Shown here: positions 58,143 through 64,000 of the stretch, in pieces
How the letters are laid out: every line of letters starts with the position of its first letter
Position numbering within the stretch: the first letter of the stretch is position 1
Assembly (NCBI GenBank): GCA_951406725.2
Contig: OX597834.1
Coordinates: 35,836,001-35,900,000, forward strand
DNA: 64,000 nucleotides
Reading direction: 5' to 3'
DNA from: Octopus vulgaris
Lineage: Eukaryota
Translations under genes and position numbers: made by a program
The notes under the pieces: model-generated
Databases searched by the model: none
What the model saw: the letters and a program-made list of their open reading frames with translations, nothing else
Told to the model about the DNA's origin: nothing

Positions 58143-58180
<38 letters not shown>

Positions 58181-58309
58181 CATACATACATACATACATA
58201 CATACATACATACATACATGCATGCGTACGTACATACACACATACATCTACCGTCTGACGTTTCCATGGGCAGTCAAGACGGGACAGAAACCACCGACCT
58301 CGGCGGGTT

Positions 58310-58349
<40 letters not shown>

Positions 58350-58467
58350 CCGATCGATCGATCTATCTGTCTGTCTATCTCTCTTCCCCCCTCTCTCTCT
58401 CTACATATATGTATGTTTGTATGTAAATATAGATATACATATACATACATGTGCATATAAATATATG

Positions 58468-58546
<79 letters not shown>

Positions 58547-59286
58547 GTATGTGTGTGTGTGTATGAACTTAAGGTTAGTTAAAATATGTTTGTGACATTT
58601 TAACTTCTAAAAGCAAATTCACTGCAGTTTCCATGGAGGAAAAATTATTTCTTACGGTAACAGGTGCAAAGGCACCATATATTTACCCACCGCTTACCCT
58701 GTCAGATTCCCAGTCGCTGTTTCGGCTCTTTAACCTTCCTCAATGAGAAATACCGAAGCGAGATAAACCCAAGCAGATTCAAAACCGTAGCTTTAACTAA
58801 AACACAGTCAACATCGGTGATTGAGTCGCGCTAGCGGACCGCCTGCTCGGGCTAGAAATAGCAGCACCACAGCCAAGCAGTGAATAGGAATAAACGCACG
58901 TCTTAGTCACAGATATGTTTATTAATTCAAGATTCGTCAACCTACACGAAGTTTTGTCCCGAACTGGGTTGGTTAAGGATTTCGTGAACAGCCAAGCTTA
59001 CCACGAAAGTCAGACAGAACTGGCAAATTTGGATATAACAGATGTGTATGCGCGTGTATGTGAGTGTTGGGGAGGGCATATGTGTGTGCTCGCAAGTGTA
59101 TGCATGTATGCATACATACATATATACACGCACGCACGCACACCGATATGCACCAGGAAGAGCTCTAGGTACTTGAGCGAGAGTAAGCGATGCTTAAAAC
59201 GAAAGCTATAAATCTGAAGTAGGGTAAGGATAAAAATCTTATGCTTTATTGTCTCCGTTTATGTATCATCGTATGTCTTGCAATCA

Positions 59287-59291
<5 letters not shown>
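57999..59291 (+). repeat. 148-bp direct repeat pair (57999-58146 and 59144-59291)
   Basis: CGATATGCACCAGGAAGAGCTC...GTAGGGTAAGGATAAAAATCTTATGC...CAATCATACTA occurs twice, each followed by (TA)n. Confidence 0.9.
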
Positions 59292-59334
<43 letters not shown>

Positions 59335-59338
<4 letters not shown>

Positions 59339-59780
59339 TAATAAATAAAATATATGCATACATACAAACATATATGTACGTACCTACATCTACATGTATA
59401 TATACATGCATATATAAATATATATACACGTGAGTACAGGACGCAACTAGACATAGAACTCAACGAGAAACGAAAACGGAAAAACCATTTTTTTACAACA
59501 GAAAAAAACAGAGTACAGGACATACTACACAAGGAAAAATCCCCTTCATCAGCTATCACTAGTTCGGCTCCAGCGTGTTTCGAAGGCAAGACAGGACACG
59601 ACTCACCAAACTAATCCTTCCTGCGAGAGAATTAAAATAAAATTGCCTTGCAGAGGGGTAAAAACAAGCAAAGAAAAAAATGTAACACAAACAGGACGTA
59701 AAAACGATACAAATAAAACTACAAAATAAAATACAAGATAAAAATACATGTGCAAGAAAATACAATACGAGAAATAAAAA
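59335..59780 (-). mobile_element. Family E element with permuted hammerhead boxes (59541-59587)
   Basis: Minus strand GCCTTC-GAAA-25 nt-CTGATGA-AGGGG. Confidence 0.65.
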
Positions 59781-60040
59781 GAAAATACAATACGAGAAAT
59801 AAAAATAAACAAGAAAACAAATAAGAAAACAAACGAAAAGGCCTTTTTTGTGGCTGAGACGGAGGAGATTCTAGCAGCGCATGAGAACACAAATGTGTGT
59901 CTTTACAGTTTGAAGGCCGCGTGTAAAAGGAAGTAGTTTTGGCTAGCAGTGGCAAAGATGAGGAGGAGTGAGAGAGAGAGAGATAGAGGAAGACAAGCGG
60001 CTGAGAGAGAGATGAGGAAGAGTGAGAGAGAGAGAGAAGG

Positions 60041-60098
<58 letters not shown>

Positions 60099-60102
<4 letters not shown>

Positions 60103-60297
60103 TAATCCAAACAAGAAAGCACAAAAAAACACAACAACGCGAGGACGTGGAACAAATATAGTATTATTGGACGCTCAGGAAAGGAGGGTTTAACGTTTTG
60201 AGCGGAGCTCTTCGTCGGAAACATAGGAGAAGGAAAGATCCAGAGAAGGGAAGACAGAGGAAAAAAATCGCTAACGGTACACACGAGGCCACATTTT
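60099..60297 (-). mobile_element. Family A element with a mutated hammerhead (60189-60222)
   Basis: Minus strand CCGACGA-A-GAGC-tcc-GCTC-AAAA-CGTT. (TA)n on both sides. Confidence 0.8.
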
Positions 60298-60299
60298 GA

Positions 60300-60337
<38 letters not shown>

Positions 60338-60409
60338 TGTATATATATACATACATATGTATACATATGCATACATATATACTTACATATATATATATAA
60401 ATAAAATAA

Positions 60410-60657
60410 ATGCGCCCTTTTAAAGCCTAGCCATGTTCATGGGCCCGGTTTCTCGGTTTCTATGGCGCATGTGTTCCCCAGCTGGACGGAACGCCACTTC
60501 ATCGCAGCGTTACTCATTTTTGCCAGCTGAGTGGACTGGGGCAACGTGAAATGAAGTGTTTTACTCAAGAACGCAACGCGTTGCCCGGTCCAGGAATCGA
60601 AACCACAATTTTGCGTTCATGATGCTGACACCCTAACCACTAAGCCCCGCGCCTCCA
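60410..60657 (-). mobile_element. SINE S3
   Basis: GGAGGCGCGGGGCTTAGTGGTTAGGGTG...GGTTTCGATTCCTGGACCGGGC...TTCTTGAGTAAAACACTTCATTTCACGTTGC. Confidence 0.85.
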
Positions 60658-60766
60658 CACACACACATACACACACACACACACATATATATTCTGAGCA
60701 GAGGTCGCTGACTTTTCTGTGGGAGCTAAGACGGGGCGAAGTCCACCAACCTCGTCGGATTACCTC

Positions 60767-60852
<86 letters not shown>

Positions 60853-60899
60853 GATCTATCTATCTATCAGAGTTCGAACCTTATCCCAAGGCTTCAAGT

Positions 60900-61110
60900 A
60901 CATCATCGATGTGGTGTACGAGCTGTATTAGACTCGCTGCTGCAGCGAAAGCCGTGCTGGTTTGAATTTAGGGGATTGTGGCTCTCCAGGAAACCAGCTA
61001 TTCTTGATCGCATCACCCTTTCAAACACTTTAATAGAATGGGAGGTGAGTGAGATTGGGTGATAGATGACTGCGAGGGATCTGTTTCCCTGTTTGAAAAC
61101 CGGGATGACA
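60900..61110 (-). mobile_element. CR1/L2-group LINE RT fragment
   Basis: IPVFKQGNRSLAVIYHPISLTSHSIKVFERVM...LNSNQHGFR. Confidence 0.85.
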
Positions 61111-61569
61111 GACCCTGCTGGGCTTACGATCGTTAGATTGTAGTTTCGATTCCTGGACTGGACCATGCGTCGTGTTCTTGATGTGTATAGTAACGGTAAG
61201 CAAAAATTACATCAATCTCGGCCAGTTATAACTGCCTCCCTTGATAAAATGTCTCAAATTTTCTAGGATGCATCTCGTATAAGTAAATATAGAATAGCGT
61301 AGAGAGTTTAAAAGTCCAATGTTTTATATTTTCTGGCTGCACACTGTCATTTTTGTATAAAGAAAGAATAAATAAAAGCAAAAAGAAAAAGCACAAAAAA
61401 GAACAATATCAAGTGTGATCGTTTAAAATTAAAGATATCCAATCCTTTACTCAAAGAAACCTGATCGCTTCTCCCGCCGCGTCTGCTGGGACTAAACTGT
61501 TAAATGTAGTCTCGGCCAATCAAGAATCAGTTAGTCTTGGCCTGTTTAGTCGGAAAGAGAGTAAGGAGT

Positions 61570-62002
61570 CGTGGTGGTGGCGGCGGTAGTAGTAATGGTA
61601 GTGGTGGTGGTGGTAGTAGTAATGGTAGCGGTGGTGGTGGTAGTAGTAATGGTAGTAGTGCTGGTGGTAGTTGTAATGGTAGTAGTGGTGGTGGTGGTGG
61701 TAGTAGTAATGGTAGTGGTGTTGATGGTAGTGCTGGTGATGGTGGTGGCGGTAGTGGTTGTGATGGTGGCGGTAGTGATGGTGGTGATGGTTGTGATGCT
61801 GGCGCTGGTGGTAGTGGTGGTTGTGGTGGCGGTAGTGATGCTGCTGCTGCTGGTGATGCTGACGGTGGTGGCTGTGGTAGTAGTGATGGTGGTAAAGATG
61901 GTAATGATGGTGGTGGTGATGATATGACGGTAATGGCGATGGGGGTGGTGATGGAGGCTGTGGTGATGGTGATAGTAATGGTGATGGTTGTAATGGCAAA
62001 GG

Positions 62003-62059
<57 letters not shown>

Positions 62060-62085
62060 CGACGATGGTAAAGATGATGCAGACG
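61570..62085. repeat. (GGT/AGT/GAT)n block
   Basis: Direct inspection. Confidence 0.95.
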
Positions 62086-62375
62086 ATGGAATCGATGGCG
62101 GCGGTAGGTGGCGGTGGTTGACTTATCTTGATATTTCTCCCAAACTATCTCGCAACCAATTACTGTTGTTTCAAATACCCGCCAAACTTACTCCTGCTTA
62201 AGTGACACTTTTGATTTATAAGCCACAAGATTATAATAGGACAAATTTATCGTAGCAGCCATTTTCTATTTTCTGTCGGTCTGTTTTGGGTAGATTTTAT
62301 TTTTTGCCTTTTATATTTTAATTCGTGTATTTGGGTGTGTATTATGTGGCTGCATGTATAAATAAATAAATAAAT

Positions 62376-62467
<92 letters not shown>

Positions 62468-62496
62468 TACATATATATATATTATAAATACATATA

Positions 62497-62551
<55 letters not shown>

Positions 62552-62867
62552 TATATATATATGCATATATATGCATATGTGTGTGTGTGTAGATAGATAT
62601 ATTTATATATGTATTTGTATATATATATATGCATATACATGTATATATGTGTGTGCATATATATATATATGTATTATATATATGCATGCGTACAGTAACA
62701 TTACATATACATACATGAGTTTGTGTGTGTGTGTGTATTGGTTGTGAGATCAACCACAAGGCCATGTAGAAAGATTTCGTTTTTCAAACTTAAATGATAG
62801 CTTGAAAAAGATAGATAAAAAAAATGAAATAGCAAAAAAAAGGAAACAAAATAAATATTGAGCAGTA

Positions 62868-63175
62868 GAAGAAGAAGAAGAAGAAGAAGAAGAAGAAGAA
62901 GAAGAAGAAGAAGAAGAAGAAGAAGAAGAAGAAGAAGAAGAAGAAGAAGAAGAAGAGAATTGCGGGAAACAAATGTTATTCAGTGAGATAAGAAGTGAAT
63001 ATAAGCATAGAAGATTTGGAATCACAGGGAGACAGAGAGAGACAGAGAGAAAGAGTGAGAGAGAGAGAGAGAGAGGCAGAGAGACAGACAGACAAAGGGA
63101 GAGAGAGAGACAGGGAGAAAGAGTGAGAGTGAGAGAGACAGATAGACAGACAGAGCGGGAGAGGCAGACAGACAA

Positions 63176-63229
<54 letters not shown>

Positions 63230-63670
63230 GGGTAGAAAGAGCGAGAGATAAAGACAGATAGACGGACAGACGGAGGGAGAGAGAGACAGACAGACAGACA
63301 GACAGTCGGAGGGAGAGAGAGACTGGGAGAAAGAGAGAGAGAGAGAGAGATACAGACAGATGGAGGGAGAGAGAGAGACGGGTAGAAAGAGCAAGAGATA
63401 AAGACAGATAGACGGACAGGCGGAGGGAGAGAGAGACGGAGAGAAAGAGCGAGAGAGACGGAGAGAAAGAGCGAGAGAGACTGACAGATAGACAGACAGG
63501 CGGAGGGAGAGAGAGACAGACAGACAGACAGATAAATGGAGAGTGTTAGACAAAGGGGAGAGAGACAGACAGACAGACAACAGGGGAGAGAGACTGACAG
63601 GGGGAGAGAGGGAGACAAACAGACAGAAAGACAGAGAGACAGACCGACAGATAGACGGAGGGAGACAGAA
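62868..63670. repeat. (GAA)n, then a GA/GACA polypurine tract with a ~150-bp higher-order duplication
   Basis: GAGACGGGTAGAAAGAGC.AGAGATAAAGACAGATAGACGGACAG at about 63225 and 63375. Confidence 0.9.
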
Positions 63671-64000
63671 GTTTAGCAAAGGACTAGCAGTAGAAAGAAA
63701 CAAAGAAACAGATCTAGTCGGGAAGACGAGGCTCTTAGAAAAGGCATCGCGACCGACTTGCATTCAGCCAATTCTTCAGTACGAAACACGAACGTCGCGT
63801 TGTTAGAGCTACGGCCCGTGCTCTTGAACGCCGTTCAATAGGCCCGAGAGGCAGAGGCCATGGTGGGAGAGGTTGTATGGTGAACGATACTAAAGAGGCG
63901 GAAGACAAGCTCTTTTCTCTTTGGCCAATCCCCGATCAACTCCTTCAAGTGATGAAAATAAGGGTAGAGAGGGAAGTGTTGCCTTCTGGTCAGTTTCCTG

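Overview
Eukaryotic, AT-rich DNA saturated with microsatellites. The SINE families and the (TA)n/(TATC)n/(AAT)n density are most consistent with an octopus (coleoid cephalopod) genome; this is an inference. Almost every ORF in the track is a microsatellite artefact. Real content: (i) three or more tRNA-derived SINE families; (ii) decayed LINE pieces (R4/Dong-type RLE, RTE, CR1/L2-type); (iii) a deleted mariner, a mariner-derived MITE and non-autonomous Helitrons; (iv) several decayed Penelope-like (RT + GIY-YIG) fragments; (v) one plausible minus-strand host exon at about 44.5 kb. The most striking signal is at the RNA level. There are roughly 15 hammerhead-ribozyme-like motifs (CUGANGA...GAAA-palindrome-UH) in several distinct short non-coding element families, mostly embedded in (TA)n tracts. 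They include a family with a non-canonical core, long-stem-II variants and a circularly permuted arrangement. A degenerate ~33-bp array inside a ~1.6-kb A-skewed tract (49.4-51.0 kb) is also unexplained. All alignments and folds were done by eye.
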